DNA of 64,000 nucleotides. Origin: an uncultured Solirubrobacteraceae bacterium. Lineage in GTDB: Bacteria > Actinomycetota > Thermoleophilia > Solirubrobacterales > Solirubrobacteraceae. Of this stretch, positions 1 to 10,261 are shown in pieces (the stretch's first letter is position 1; each line of letters opens with the position of its first letter). A model generated the notes under the pieces. It saw only the letters and a list, made by a program, of their open reading frames with translations, ran no database searches and had not been told where the DNA came from. A program made the position numbers and the translations under genes. The DNA lies in the NCBI GenBank assembly GCA_963794905.1, contig CAWCFO010000002.1, positions 2,047,531-2,111,530 of the forward strand. Reading direction: 5' to 3'.

Positions 1-407
1 ACACCGCCGGCCAAGCGGTGCGCCAAGCGATCGAGCTGGCCAGCACCGTCGGCGCGAGCGTCGGCTTGGTGAGCGCCTATGCGCCCGTGCCCGAGCAGCG
101 CCTGCGCGAGGAACGCCGCGAGGCGCCCGAGGACCTGCAGTGGGCGATCACCCCGCGCGAGGACGTCGACGCGATGCTCGAGGCGGCCGCCGAGGTCGCC
201 CGCGAGGCGGGCGTCGAGGTGAACGTCTACCCGCGCCAAGGCGATCCCGCCGACGCGATTCTCGACGTCGCCGAAGAGATGGGCGCCGACCTGATCGTCG
301 TTGGCAACAAGGGCATGGCGGGCGCCAAGCGCTTCCTGCTCGGCTCGGTGCCCAACAGGGTGTCTCACCACGCGCCGTGCTCCGTGCTGATCATTCGCAC
401 TACCTGA
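1..407 (+). CDS. Universal stress protein (UspA family), probably 5'-truncated by the window edge
   Basis: GDPADAILDVAEEMGADLIVVGNKG...LLGSVPNRVSHHAPCSVLII is the typical USP C-terminal signature; stop TGA at 405-407. Confidence 0.9.
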   Translation, partial: TAGQAVRQAIELASTVGASVGLVSAYAPVPEQRLREERREAPEDLQWAITPREDVDAMLEAAAEVAREAGVEVNVYPRQGDPADAILDVAEEMGADLIVVGNKGMAGAKRFLLGSVPNRVSHHAPCSVLIIRTT

Positions 408-517
408 CCGGCGGGGCGGGGTTGACACCCGGCTGGCGTCGTCGCGGGGCGACCCACGGCAGCCGCCTGAGCGCGTGGCGTGAGCGCAAGCCCGGCCGCC
501 GAGGCCGACGAGCGTCT

Positions 518-2134
518 CTAAGCCGGGCTGGCAGCGGGCGGACCCACCGCGTAGTACGGCGAGTCCGACAGGCGCGTGCCGATCACGACGAGCCCCACCG
601 GGTGGGAGTTCAGCCGATCGAGCATGTCGCGCAGGTCGACCACGTCGGCGATCTTCAGGTAGTCCAGGCGAGCGACCAGCAGGGCCTCGTCGCAGAATTG
701 CGCATACATCTGCGCATCCGCGATCCCCAGCACGGGCGGGGAGTCGATCAGGATGTACGCATAGTCGCTGAGACGAAGTGACGAGATCAGCGATTGCAGA
801 GCGGGAGTGTGCAGGAGCTCCGATGCGTCGCCGTCGCTGCGACCCGACGGCAGGATGTCGAGCGCGCCGCGCGAGGACGAACCGTCACCGCTGCGCGTCG
901 GCTGGATCAGCCGTTCGATCTTGTCGAGCGTCAACGGTTCGGCGTCGGGCGCGTGGGCCAACAGTTCCCGCAGTCCCGAGCGACCGCCGACGTCGAAGGC
1001 GTCGTCGAGCTTCGGCCAGCGCAGGTCGCCTGACACGATCAGCGTGCGGTGGCCCGCCCGGGCGAGCATCCGCCCGAGCCGTGTCGTCACGGTCGTCTTG
1101 CCTTCTCCGTGCGTGGCGCTCGTGACGAGCATGATCTGCGGCTCTGAGCGCGGGGGCAGCGAAAGGCGTATCGCGGCCGACAGGGTCTGGTAAGCCTCGT
1201 ATTCCACGCGCGCGAAGCGCGCGTTGATGCGATTGCCGATCAGCGGCACGCCGCTGAGAACGGGCAGGCCGAGCAGATGGCCGAGCTCACGTTGACTGGT
1301 CACGCGCGGCGTGAACTGCTCGCGTCCGAGTGCCAGCAGCACCGCCAGGAAGGTCGCCGCGAACAGCGCGATGACGGCGTTGCGCAGGGGCTTTGGCGAG
1401 CTCGCCGCGCCCGGGACCTGCGGGCTCTGCGCGAGCTGCAGCTGCGAGCTGGCGCTGGCGTTGGCGGCTTCGAGTTCGGCGGCGCGCGCCTGCAGGGCGC
1501 TGAGCTGCGACGCGAGCCCCGGGTCGGTTGCGACGCGGCCGCGAAGCGCTGCGATCTGACTGTTCAGCGCGGACAGCACGCTCGCGTTCTGTGAGCGCTG
1601 GATCGCCGCGTGGCGATCGAGGAACGCCTGCACGACGGCGCTTGCCAGCCTCGCCGCGCCCTGAGCCGTTCCATACGTGGTTTTGACGGTGATGATGTTC
1701 GCGTTTTCCTGTACCGACGCCGACACGCGCGAGGCCAGCGACGCCTCCGTTTCGCCCGGGAACGACCTGGCGGCCTCCGCCAGGACCGGTGCGGTCGTCA
1801 CCAGCGTCGCGGTCGTCGCGAGGCTGCGCTGGACGCCTTCCGATTCCGAGCCCGCGGTGCCCGACGCGTTGCTCACGACGATGCTCGCCGTAGTCTGGTA
1901 GCTCTTGGGGAGGGTCAGCGAGACGACGAAGACCGTGATCGTGACGATTGCAACCAGCGAGACGATGTGCCAGCGGTTGCGGCGAATCGCCTCCAGGTAG
2001 CGGCCGACCTCGACCGGTTCCTCGCCTTGGGGGGGCCTGGCGCTCTGCCACTGGCCGTTGTCGATGTTCATGTGGTCACGGGGGAGGTACGCCGACTCGT
2101 CACGCGGCCGGTAAGCCGATGGGATACGCGGCAT
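518..2134 (-). CDS. Polysaccharide co-polymerase / BY tyrosine autokinase (Wzz-Wzc/CpsCD fusion)
   Basis: N-terminal Wzz-like TM (YLEAIRRNRWHIVSLVAIV), SPKP + second TM, Walker A (SATHGEGKT), Walker B (ILIDSPP), C-terminal PYY. The real start may be the second Met (MNIDNG). Confidence 0.88.
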   Translation of the reverse strand: MPRIPSAYRPRDESAYLPRDHMNIDNGQWQSARPPQGEEPVEVGRYLEAIRRNRWHIVSLVAIVTITVFVVSLTLPKSYQTTASIVVSNASGTAGSESEGVQRSLATTATLVTTAPVLAEAARSFPGETEASLASRVSASVQENANIITVKTTYGTAQGAARLASAVVQAFLDRHAAIQRSQNASVLSALNSQIAALRGRVATDPGLASQLSALQARAAELEAANASASSQLQLAQSPQVPGAASSPKPLRNAVIALFAATFLAVLLALGREQFTPRVTSQRELGHLLGLPVLSGVPLIGNRINARFARVEYEAYQTLSAAIRLSLPPRSEPQIMLVTSATHGEGKTTVTTRLGRMLARAGHRTLIVSGDLRWPKLDDAFDVGGRSGLRELLAHAPDAEPLTLDKIERLIQPTRSGDGSSSRGALDILPSGRSDGDASELLHTPALQSLISSLRLSDYAYILIDSPPVLGIADAQMYAQFCDEALLVARLDYLKIADVVDLRDMLDRLNSHPVGLVVIGTRLSDSPYYAVGPPAASPA

Positions 2135-2265
2135 AGACTACCTGTCGGCATTTCCGCTCCGATCCATTACCCCGCGGCCAGGTTTTAGGCTCGCCGGCGG
2201 CGAGACGGGCCTGCCACGGCGCGCGAGCGTGCGTGCCCTGCGATGGCCGGGCGCGCGACGCGCGG

Positions 2266-3684
2266 TCACGGACTGCGGCTGAGCGCCGGGCGCGCGGACG
2301 CCAGGCGGGACCTCTGCGCGACGTCCTGCGAAGCCGCCGGGCGGGTCGTGCTCGCCCAGATGAGCGCCGCGACCAGCCACAGGTGTCGCCAGTGCAGGGT
2401 GTCGACGACCACGCTGTTGAAGATCAGCCCGCACCACGAGCCGAGCAGCGCAGCCGAGCCGATTCCATAGGTATCGCGGCCGACGACGACGTTGCGCACC
2501 GCCATGATCAACGTGGTCAGCAGCAGGGCGGCCCACATCACCTCGCCGAGCAGGCCCTGCTCGGCGAACACCCGCACGAACGTGGAGTGGCTGGCGACCG
2601 CCGAATAGAATTCGAACTGTCCTGGGCCGATGCCGAGCGGGTGTTCCCAGCCGAGATGCCAGCCGAGGGCCTGAGCCGCGAAGCGTTGGGAGTCATAATT
2701 CTGCAGCTGGGCTCGTTGTTCGAGGAAGCCGATCGAGCCGGAGGCGCTGAGGATCAGCAGCACAAGGGCGCCGATCACCAGCAGCGCGATCAGCGCTCGC
2801 GCCGCGCGCTTCGCGCCGCGCTTGCGCATGCCCGACGCGACCAGCATCACCACCAGCGCGATCACGAAGTTGGCCCATGCGGCGCGCGAGTAGGAGAAGA
2901 GCACGCCGAGCGTGAGCGCGAGCAGCATCAGCCAACTGCTCCACGCACGCAGCCGCAGCGTCGGTGGAAATCGCGGTGCGATGCGCTGCTCGAGCATGAT
3001 CAGCGCGATCGGTATGAGGAACGGGCCGTAGACGTTCGGGTCCTTGAAGAACCCGCTCGCGCGTTCGGCGCCGTCGACCGTGCCGAGGATGAAGGTGCGC
3101 CCGGGGACCGGCAGGTTGAGCGCCAGCGTGGAGACTACCGCCGAGATGACGGCGATCGCGAGATACGTGACGACCACCAGGCGCGCTCGCCCGGGCGAGT
3201 TCAGGTAGCTCGTCAGCCACAGCGAGAAGATCGCCAGATAGACGGTGATGAAGAGGAAGCGCAGCGCTGTGGACGACGAGACGACGTCCATCATCGACAT
3301 CAGGTTGACGACCAGCGTCAGGCCGACGATCCAGCGAACGACCGCCGGCACGCGCCCCAGGCGAAAGCGCCCGGTCATCGCCGCGACGGCCATCACCACG
3401 GCGAACGCGAGGTCCGGCGGCGCGGGCTCGAAGCGCACGACCCCCATCAGCAGCAGGCCGATGGCGATCGCCGTCTCGTAGTGGTTGATCGTCAGCGCGA
3501 GGAAGCCGACCAGCGCCAATCCGCCGACGAGCGCCAGCGGCAGCGACACCGAGATGCCGTTGAACAGATCGGCGAAGCCGACGCCGAGCAGCGCGAGCGC
3601 CAGCACGGAGGCGCCGATACGCCCAGTGCCGGTGAGGCGCGACAGTCGCCCGGGGGCGAACACCGATGCGGCCAGCTCAGACAT
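2266..3684 (-). CDS. O-antigen ligase / Wzy polymerase family membrane protein
   Basis: Many hydrophobic segments; RASGFFKDPN, SYSRAAW, HPLGIGPGQF and HSTFVRVFAEQGLLG motifs of the Wzy_C/O-antigen ligase family. Confidence 0.88.
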   Translation of the reverse strand: MSELAASVFAPGRLSRLTGTGRIGASVLALALLGVGFADLFNGISVSLPLALVGGLALVGFLALTINHYETAIAIGLLLMGVVRFEPAPPDLAFAVVMAVAAMTGRFRLGRVPAVVRWIVGLTLVVNLMSMMDVVSSSTALRFLFITVYLAIFSLWLTSYLNSPGRARLVVVTYLAIAVISAVVSTLALNLPVPGRTFILGTVDGAERASGFFKDPNVYGPFLIPIALIMLEQRIAPRFPPTLRLRAWSSWLMLLALTLGVLFSYSRAAWANFVIALVVMLVASGMRKRGAKRAARALIALLVIGALVLLILSASGSIGFLEQRAQLQNYDSQRFAAQALGWHLGWEHPLGIGPGQFEFYSAVASHSTFVRVFAEQGLLGEVMWAALLLTTLIMAVRNVVVGRDTYGIGSAALLGSWCGLIFNSVVVDTLHWRHLWLVAALIWASTTRPAASQDVAQRSRLASARPALSRSP

Positions 3685-3768
3685 CCGCGGGTATCATCGA
3701 CTCTCCCAGCGCCTAAGTAAAGCTCCAAGCGTTCTGCGTGCGCGCGGCGCAAAGGGCGAACGCGCCCG

Positions 3769-4923
3769 TCATCCTCGCCTGAGAAGCCTCCTGCGCCGCC
3801 GCCGCGCCCCGCCGCCGAGCGCGCCCCCGGCGTCGCACGCTTCCCCGTACACGGCGATCGTGCGATCGACCATCGCCGTCCTCGTGAACTCGCTGCCAGC
3901 CCGGCTGAGGGCGGACTCGCCCAGCTGCCTGGCGCGGGCCGGGGCCGCCAGCAGATCGGCCAGCGCCTCGCCCAGGCGTCGCGCGTCGCGGGCGGGGACC
4001 AGCAGGCCGCTCTCGCCATCGACGATCGCCTCGCCGACTCCCCCCACGTCGGTGGCGACGATCGGTCGCGCCAGCGACATCGCCTCGAGGATCACGTACG
4101 GGAACGACTCGGCCCAGGAGGGATGCACGAACACGTCCATCCCGCGCAGCGCGCCGATCGGGTCCTCGCTCGCGCCGAGGAAGTGCACCGAGCCCGCGAT
4201 GCCGAGCGCTGTGGTCATGGCGCGCAGCTGCTCGGCGTCGGGGCCGCCGCCGACGAGGGCTAGCTGGACCGTCGGATGGCTCGCCAGGACCGCCGGGAGC
4301 GCGGCGATGAGCGTCTCCAGTCCCTTTCCCGGTCGCAGCAGCGTGAGCGCGCCGAGCACCGTGCCGCGTCGCGACAGCTCTGCGATGCGCGGATCGGCCT
4401 GCCCCTCGCCGGCCGGCGCGATGCCGTTGTGGACGACCCGTATGCGGCTCGCCCGGCCGACTGAGCGAGCGAGTCGCGCCTCGGCCTCGCACACGCACAC
4501 CACGCCGTCGGCCAAAGGGGCCAGCAGGCGCTCTACGCCGCGATAGACCGACCGCTCCGCCGGGCGCGAGAAGTATCCGGCGAAGGCGTAGCCGTGGGGC
4601 GTGTACAGGACCGGCGGCTGTGTCGAGAAGACCTTCGCCGCGCGCGCAATCGCGCCGGCCTTTGAGCTGTGCGCGTGGATGATGTCGGGACGAACTCTGC
4701 GCACGAGCGTCAGGAACTCCGCGAGCGCCCGGCGGTCCGCGCGCGGGGAGATCGAACGATCCAGGTCCAGGCGGACGTGCTCGACGGCCTGCTCCAGCTG
4801 ACGCGGCACCGCGGGGGAGCACAGGACGACCTCGTGGCCGCGCGCGCTGAGACCTTCCGTCAGGTCGCAGATGTGCCGCCCCACGCCTCCGTCGACGGGC
4901 TGATGGCAGAGCAGGACGCGCAT
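3769..4923 (-). CDS. Glycosyltransferase family 4 (GT-B)
   Basis: MRVLLCHQPVDGGVGRH, PDIIHAHSSKAG, PSWAESFPYVILEAMSLARPIVATDVGG. Start is the ATG at 4923, inside the longer tracked ORF. Confidence 0.92.
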   Translation of the reverse strand: MRVLLCHQPVDGGVGRHICDLTEGLSARGHEVVLCSPAVPRQLEQAVEHVRLDLDRSISPRADRRALAEFLTLVRRVRPDIIHAHSSKAGAIARAAKVFSTQPPVLYTPHGYAFAGYFSRPAERSVYRGVERLLAPLADGVVCVCEAEARLARSVGRASRIRVVHNGIAPAGEGQADPRIAELSRRGTVLGALTLLRPGKGLETLIAALPAVLASHPTVQLALVGGGPDAEQLRAMTTALGIAGSVHFLGASEDPIGALRGMDVFVHPSWAESFPYVILEAMSLARPIVATDVGGVGEAIVDGESGLLVPARDARRLGEALADLLAAPARARQLGESALSRAGSEFTRTAMVDRTIAVYGEACDAGGALGGGARRRRRRLLRRG

Positions 4924-4952
4924 CGCGCGGCTGACCCTAGCGGTCGCGCCGC

Positions 4953-6623
4953 TCAGCGCGCGCGTACGACAGGCCGGTAGCCCGACAGCGACGGCCGGTA
5001 GCCGGACCCGCCCAGATAAGCCGCTCGGACGCGGTACTTGACCGACGAGTGAAGCGCGAGCAGCCGACCGAACCTGCCGCTCTGGTTGACGCTCGCCGTC
5101 AGCCGCGCCACGGTGATCCAGCGGGCGCCGCGGCGTCGCTCGATCTGGATCGTGACCGTTCCCTTGGTGGCCCGGCGCACCGTGCCGTCGATCCTGAGCA
5201 CGGCGCCCGGTCGCCCGTTCGCCCGGTGGGCGCTGGCGGCGCGCGCGCGCTGGGCGCTGCGCGCGTGACGCGCACGATCGTGGTGGCGGTGGTGGCGGTG
5301 GGCACGCGAGTGCACGGTCGAACGCGCGCCCTGCTTGGCCGGGCGTACGGCGTTCGGCGAAGTGGGGCGGGCGGGGTGCGAAGGAGCCGCGACGCTCGTT
5401 TCCACGACCGTCTGCGTGGGAACTTCCGAAGGCGCGGATACGGCCGCGGGCGGGTTGGCGCCGCGCAGCACCACACCAGAGGCCGCCGCGAGCGTCACCG
5501 AGGTCACGCTGTCGCCGTTGGCGTCCTGCATCGCCGTCGGCAGGGCGATCGTCTGTGACGCCGCGCCCGGTGGATTGACGAGCACGATTCCTCCGGCGAA
5601 GTCTCGTCGCAGCACGTTCTTCCAGCCGTAGCGCGCGCCCTTGGCTTCGCCGAGGTTGACTTCCCAACCCTGCCACCAACTGCTAGGTGTCTGTCCGGCG
5701 CCGCTGACGGCGTCGTTGCCCGACGACGTCAGGAAGTAGCTGGCGAGGTTGTATTCCATGCCGTGGGGGTCGCCGGCCGCGCCGTCCATCACGATCCCTC
5801 GGCCGAGCGCGTGAACCTGGTCGACGTAAGAGAACAGTGCGTTCACCGACCACGGCCCGCTGCCGCCCGTGAGGCCCGAGTCGTTGACGCCGCGCTCGAG
5901 CAGGATGTAGTTCGCCGATTCGATCTCGCGGCGGATGCTCGGGTCGTTCGTCCCCGCGTCGCCGTCGGCGAACCACAGCGCGTTGTGGACTATCTCGGCG
6001 TTCGGCAGCGCGCCCCGGATTTCGGCCATGAATTCAGCCATGTAGGCGCGCCAGGCCGATGCCGACATCGGCTGGCCGGTGGCGCGGTCGATCGGCGCGA
6101 CCTGCTGGCCGGCGCCGTTGCCCGTCCGCTGTTCGAGGTTCACGTCGTCGACGAACAGGCCGCGGTAGCCGTGCGCCATGTGCGCGCTGGCTTCGGTGAT
6201 CCAGTTGTGACGAAACGCGGGGTTGGATATGTCGCCGGCGTACTGCGGACAGCTGCCCCCCGAGCAGCCATACGGGATGTAGAGGTTGTTGCCGTTCGCG
6301 TCTTTGAGAATCCAGTCCGGGTGCTGGCTGGCCAGCGAGCTGCCCTGGTAGATCGCGTAAGCGTCGTCGTACATCCAACCCTGCCCGTACCAGCTCGTCT
6401 TCTGGTCGAAGTACGGCGACCAGACCATCATCCGCCACATGTGCGCCCGCAGCCATGCCTGCGCTTCGCCCGAGACGTTGCCGGTGAACTGGTCGAACCC
6501 CGAGTCGGCCGAACGCACGAAGTGCACCGTGCCCGCCGTGTCCGCGGCGGCGTCGCCGGCCTGCACCCCGGCCAGCGCGCATGCCAGCGCACAGATCACG
6601 ACCGCTCGACGCCTTAGACGCAT
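4953..6623 (-). CDS. Secreted putative glycoside hydrolase (TIM barrel, GHL15/PelA-like) with His/Arg-rich linker and C-terminal beta domain
   Basis: Signal peptide; HPDWILKDANG, DISNPAFR, GYRGLFVDDVN, LRRDFAGGIVLVNP; paralog at 41251-42660. Confidence 0.65.
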   Translation of the reverse strand: MRLRRRAVVICALACALAGVQAGDAAADTAGTVHFVRSADSGFDQFTGNVSGEAQAWLRAHMWRMMVWSPYFDQKTSWYGQGWMYDDAYAIYQGSSLASQHPDWILKDANGNNLYIPYGCSGGSCPQYAGDISNPAFRHNWITEASAHMAHGYRGLFVDDVNLEQRTGNGAGQQVAPIDRATGQPMSASAWRAYMAEFMAEIRGALPNAEIVHNALWFADGDAGTNDPSIRREIESANYILLERGVNDSGLTGGSGPWSVNALFSYVDQVHALGRGIVMDGAAGDPHGMEYNLASYFLTSSGNDAVSGAGQTPSSWWQGWEVNLGEAKGARYGWKNVLRRDFAGGIVLVNPPGAASQTIALPTAMQDANGDSVTSVTLAAASGVVLRGANPPAAVSAPSEVPTQTVVETSVAAPSHPARPTSPNAVRPAKQGARSTVHSRAHRHHRHHDRARHARSAQRARAASAHRANGRPGAVLRIDGTVRRATKGTVTIQIERRRGARWITVARLTASVNQSGRFGRLLALHSSVKYRVRAAYLGGSGYRPSLSGYRPVVRAR

Positions 6624-6921
6624 CTCGTCCCTTCGGTAGCCAGGCCGTCTCAGAGAGATCCCGGGCTTTGCGTCCCCGGCTCGCGCCGGGTTTGCCTTTA
6701 TCGCGGGTGGACACTACTTCCACGCCTGTTAGCACTGTCCTCGGCAGCCACGCATCCGAACTTGAGCGTCTCGCCGACGGCGTCTGGACGGATTTCCGAG
6801 CGCCGGGCCGGCGCGCACCGCCTGCAACCGATGCGGACCACCCGCGGCCTGCGACGCGCCCGCGCGAGGCGCCCCGTCCGCCGCGGGAGCGATCCGAACT
6901 CCGCGTGGCCGTCGCCTATGC

Positions 6922-7875
6922 TTGGCGCCCTTGCGCTGCTCGCTCGTAATCGCAACCAAGAGCCGTCCCGAGCCGTTGTCCGCCGTTCTCGAGAGCGCCG
7001 GGCGCGGCCTGCCCGCCGACGGTGAGGTGATCGTCGTCGACGGCGACCCCGACCGCTCGGGCGAAAGCGTAGTGCGCGACATCCTGAGCCGGTTCGGTGA
7101 CCTAACGGTGCACTACGTCGCCAGCGCCCCCGGGGCCGCGCTGCAGCGCAACGTCGGCATCGACACGGCCAGCGGCGACGTCGTGGTGTTCATGGACGAC
7201 GACTGCACCTTCGAGCCGGGCATGGTCGAGGCCCTGCTGACCGCGTACGAGGACCGGGAGGTCGTCGGCGCGACCGGCCGGATCGACCAGCCGCCGCGCG
7301 AGCGCGTCGCCGAAAACCCGCACTCGCGCCTGCGCTGGCTGCTGCTCGGCGGCGGGCGCCAGGGGACCGTCACGGGCTTTGGCTTTCGTCGCCCGATAAT
7401 CGACATGGAGCAGGCGCGCGACGTCGAGTTCATGCCCGGCCCGTTGATGTCGGCTCGACGCGAGGTGGCGAGCGCGGTGCGCTTCGACGAGCGACTGACC
7501 GCCTACAGCCTCGGCGAGGACGACGACTTCTCCTATCGCGTGTCGCGTCGCGGTCGCGTGCGCTACGAGCCGTCCGCGCTCGTCTACCACCACGAGCTGG
7601 GGTGGCGCAGCATCGATCGGCGCAAGATGGACCGCCTGCAGGTCGTCAACCGCTCGTATCTCTTTCGCAAGAACTTCTCGCCGACGCTCCGCAAGACGGC
7701 TGGGCTCTGGGGGTTGATCGTGCTGCTGTGCGGCCACCGCGTGCTCAACCGCGAGTGGTCCGGGCTGCGCGGCCTGCTCGACGGGATAAGGCTGGTCCTG
7801 CGCTACCGCCGCCTGGAGCCGGCGGCCGCGCTGGCGCAGGCCCAGCGCGAGATGGCGTTGGCCGACGGACGCTAG
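6922..7875 (+). CDS. Glycosyltransferase family 2
   Basis: SLVIATKSR, EVIVVDG, RNVGID...VVVFMDDD, FDERL..YSLGEDDDFSYR. Confidence 0.92.
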   Translation: MAPLRCSLVIATKSRPEPLSAVLESAGRGLPADGEVIVVDGDPDRSGESVVRDILSRFGDLTVHYVASAPGAALQRNVGIDTASGDVVVFMDDDCTFEPGMVEALLTAYEDREVVGATGRIDQPPRERVAENPHSRLRWLLLGGGRQGTVTGFGFRRPIIDMEQARDVEFMPGPLMSARREVASAVRFDERLTAYSLGEDDDFSYRVSRRGRVRYEPSALVYHHELGWRSIDRRKMDRLQVVNRSYLFRKNFSPTLRKTAGLWGLIVLLCGHRVLNREWSGLRGLLDGIRLVLRYRRLEPAAALAQAQREMALADGR

Positions 7876-7905
7876 GCCGCCGGCGCAGGCCGGGCTGCCC
7901 GCGCG

Positions 7906-8718
7906 TTAGCTCTGCTGGCGTTGCTGTACCCGTCCACGCAGCCGTTTGCTCGCGCTGCGCGCGACGCGCAGCGGAGGACTTCGCAGCAGGGGCTCGTAGC
8001 GGTCGGTGAGCTTCAGCAGCGTCACCGGCAGGGGATCGGCCGCCCCCATCATCGCGCGCGTCAGCTCGAACGGCGCCCAGCTTCCCGACCCGGTGGTGAC
8101 GGCCGCGACGAAGCCGCTGTCGCGCGCCGCCGCGATCGCCTCCGGTCCGTAGTGCCCGAACGGGTAGGCGAACGTCTCGACCGGGCCGCCGCTGATCGCT
8201 TCCAGCTCGATGCGGCTCTGTTCGATCTCCTGGCGGCACGCCTGGTAGTCCATCGTCGAAAGGTCTGGATGGGTCATCGTGTGCGCGCCCAGCTCCCACC
8301 CTGCGGCGGCCAGGTCGCGCAGCTGCGCCTCGTTCATCATCGCCCCGTCGCCGTCTGGGCCGATCCATGGGCTGTGCGATTCGATGAAGCCGATCGTCAC
8401 GTAGACGGTCGCGCGAATGTCGAACTCGCGCAGGATCGGCAGGGCGATTTCGTGGTTGTTGCGCATGCCGTCGTCGAACGTGACCGCCGCGAGGCCGGGA
8501 GGAGGGGGCCCGCCGTCGGCGAGCCGCGCCAGCTCGACGAGCGTCACGAAGCGAAAGCCCGCCGCGCTCAGCATCTCCAGCTGGGAGGAGAAGCGCTGCG
8601 GCGAAAGCAGCAGCAGGCTGAGATCGTCGCGGCGGCGCGACTCGGCGACGCCGTGGTAGCCGAGGACGACCGATCGTCGCCGGCAGACCTCCCTGAGCAC
8701 GCGCACGGCGGGGGTCAT
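7906..8718 (-). CDS. Polysaccharide deacetylase (CE4/NodB, IcaB-like)
   Basis: VLGYHGV, AVTFDDG, ELGAHTMTHPDL, FAYPFG motifs; no obvious signal peptide. Confidence 0.92.
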   Translation of the reverse strand: MTPAVRVLREVCRRRSVVLGYHGVAESRRRDDLSLLLLSPQRFSSQLEMLSAAGFRFVTLVELARLADGGPPPPGLAAVTFDDGMRNNHEIALPILREFDIRATVYVTIGFIESHSPWIGPDGDGAMMNEAQLRDLAAAGWELGAHTMTHPDLSTMDYQACRQEIEQSRIELEAISGGPVETFAYPFGHYGPEAIAAARDSGFVAAVTTGSGSWAPFELTRAMMGAADPLPVTLLKLTDRYEPLLRSPPLRVARSASKRLRGRVQQRQQS

Positions 8719-8725
8719 CGGCGGC

Positions 8726-10261
8726 TCACGTCGCCGTTCCCGACGCCGCCGGGCTCACGGTCCGTGAGCGAACCTGCGTGAGCAGGGCGTGAATCACCGA
8801 GAAGTCTTCCGGGAACGCCAGCCGCTCGTACCCGAGCAGCACCGCGAAGTAGCTGATCACCGCCAGGGGGATGGCGAGCAGCGGCGAGCCGTGCAGCAGC
8901 AGCAGCAGGCCGCCCGCAACCGCCGTGCCGATCACCGCGCCCGCCAGCATGCGGCGCAGCTGCAGGCGTCCGTGCAGGTCGCCAGCGAGCGTGATCAGCA
9001 GCCCGGCGACCAGCAGCTCGGAGATCGACGTGCCCGCGGCCGCGCCCTGCAGCGAGAAGCGCGGGATCAGAAAGAGGTTGAGCACGACGTTCTCGACGGC
9101 GACGACGGCGTACACGATCGCCACCGTCGGGCGGCGCCCCTGCGCGAAGAACAGCTGGCTCGACAGCGCGCTGATGGGAAAGAGCGCGATCGTCGGCGCA
9201 AGCAGCGCCAGGGCTTTGGCGGCGGCGGCGTACTGGTCGCCGTAGACGAGCGAGATCACCGGGCCGGCCATCACGATCGCGCCGACGGAGACCGGAAGCG
9301 TGATCGCGATCACGAGCTTCAGCCCGCGCTGGTAGACCTCGCCGACCGGCGGGGTCGAAGTCGGTGAAAGACGCGCCAGCGACGGCAGGACCGCCACGTT
9401 CACCGCCCATGAGAAGAAAGCCGTCGTTTCGAGCAGCTTGTAGGCGGCTCCGTACTCTCCGACCTGCTTGGCGGGCTTGAAGATCGCGAGCATCGCCATG
9501 TCGATCCGAAACAGCACCGTCAGGGCGACGAGCGCGATCCCGATCGGCAACGCCTCCCGCGTGACCCGCAGGGCGCCCCGGAAGTCCACGCGCAGGCGCG
9601 GGCGGCCGATGTTGCGGTACATCATCCACGTGCCCAAGGCCGTCGCCGCCAGCGATCCGACCGCGTAGATCGCGACGACTTCCACGAGGCCGGCGCCAAG
9701 GTACAGCGCCGCGACCGCCGCGCCCGTCGTGACCCATCGCTGCGCGATCAGCACGACGGCCACCAGGCCCAAGCGCTCGAATGCCTGGAAGACCGCGAAC
9801 GGGACCTGCACGGTGTAGTCCCCGACGAAGCCCAGGCCGAGCAGCAGGCTGACCAGCAGCGTGTGCTGGCTCATGCCGCACAGCCACGCGATCAGCAGCG
9901 CCACGAGCAGGGGCGGGACGCTGAACATCGCGCGCGAGAGCATGGCGTTTGAGAAGTACTCGTCCAGGCGGGAGTGATCGCGAGCGACCTCGCGGACCAG
10001 CACGATGTCCTGCCCGAACGTGCCGATCGCGGTCACGACTCCCACGAACGCCAGCGCGAACACGAAGATGCCGAACTCGGACGCGCCGAGCTTTCGCGCC
10101 ACGACGATGTAGAGGGCAGCCGTCGCGACCTTCGAGCCGATGTCGGCAAGCGCGCGGAAGCCAGCGTTCAGCAGGATGCGCGACGAGCGTCTGCCGGCAT
10201 GCGCAGCGCCGTCGTCGGCGCCTGCGCCCCGCTCGTGGGGGCGTTCGGTCGCAAGGCTCAC
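8726..10261 (-). CDS. wzx: Wzx flippase (polysaccharide transporter)
   Basis: ARKLGASEFGIF, FRIDMAML...VGEYGAAYKL, LNLFLIPRFSLQGAA; multi-TM. GTG start overlaps the upstream stop (GTGA at 10258-10261). Confidence 0.9.
   Translation of the reverse strand: MSLATERPHERGAGADDGAAHAGRRSSRILLNAGFRALADIGSKVATAALYIVVARKLGASEFGIFVFALAFVGVVTAIGTFGQDIVLVREVARDHSRLDEYFSNAMLSRAMFSVPPLLVALLIAWLCGMSQHTLLVSLLLGLGFVGDYTVQVPFAVFQAFERLGLVAVVLIAQRWVTTGAAVAALYLGAGLVEVVAIYAVGSLAATALGTWMMYRNIGRPRLRVDFRGALRVTREALPIGIALVALTVLFRIDMAMLAIFKPAKQVGEYGAAYKLLETTAFFSWAVNVAVLPSLARLSPTSTPPVGEVYQRGLKLVIAITLPVSVGAIVMAGPVISLVYGDQYAAAAKALALLAPTIALFPISALSSQLFFAQGRRPTVAIVYAVVAVENVVLNLFLIPRFSLQGAAAGTSISELLVAGLLITLAGDLHGRLQLRRMLAGAVIGTAVAGGLLLLLHGSPLLAIPLAVISYFAVLLGYERLAFPEDFSVIHALLTQVRSRTVSPAASGTAT

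Noticed and set aside
3769-5679. Extended N-termini in tracked ORFs (also 8726-10978, 12129-15341, 58367-59887, 59413-61209) suggesting fusions or frameshifts
   Set aside because: The extensions overlap neighbouring real genes in another frame or strand. Internal starts give normal-sized proteins.
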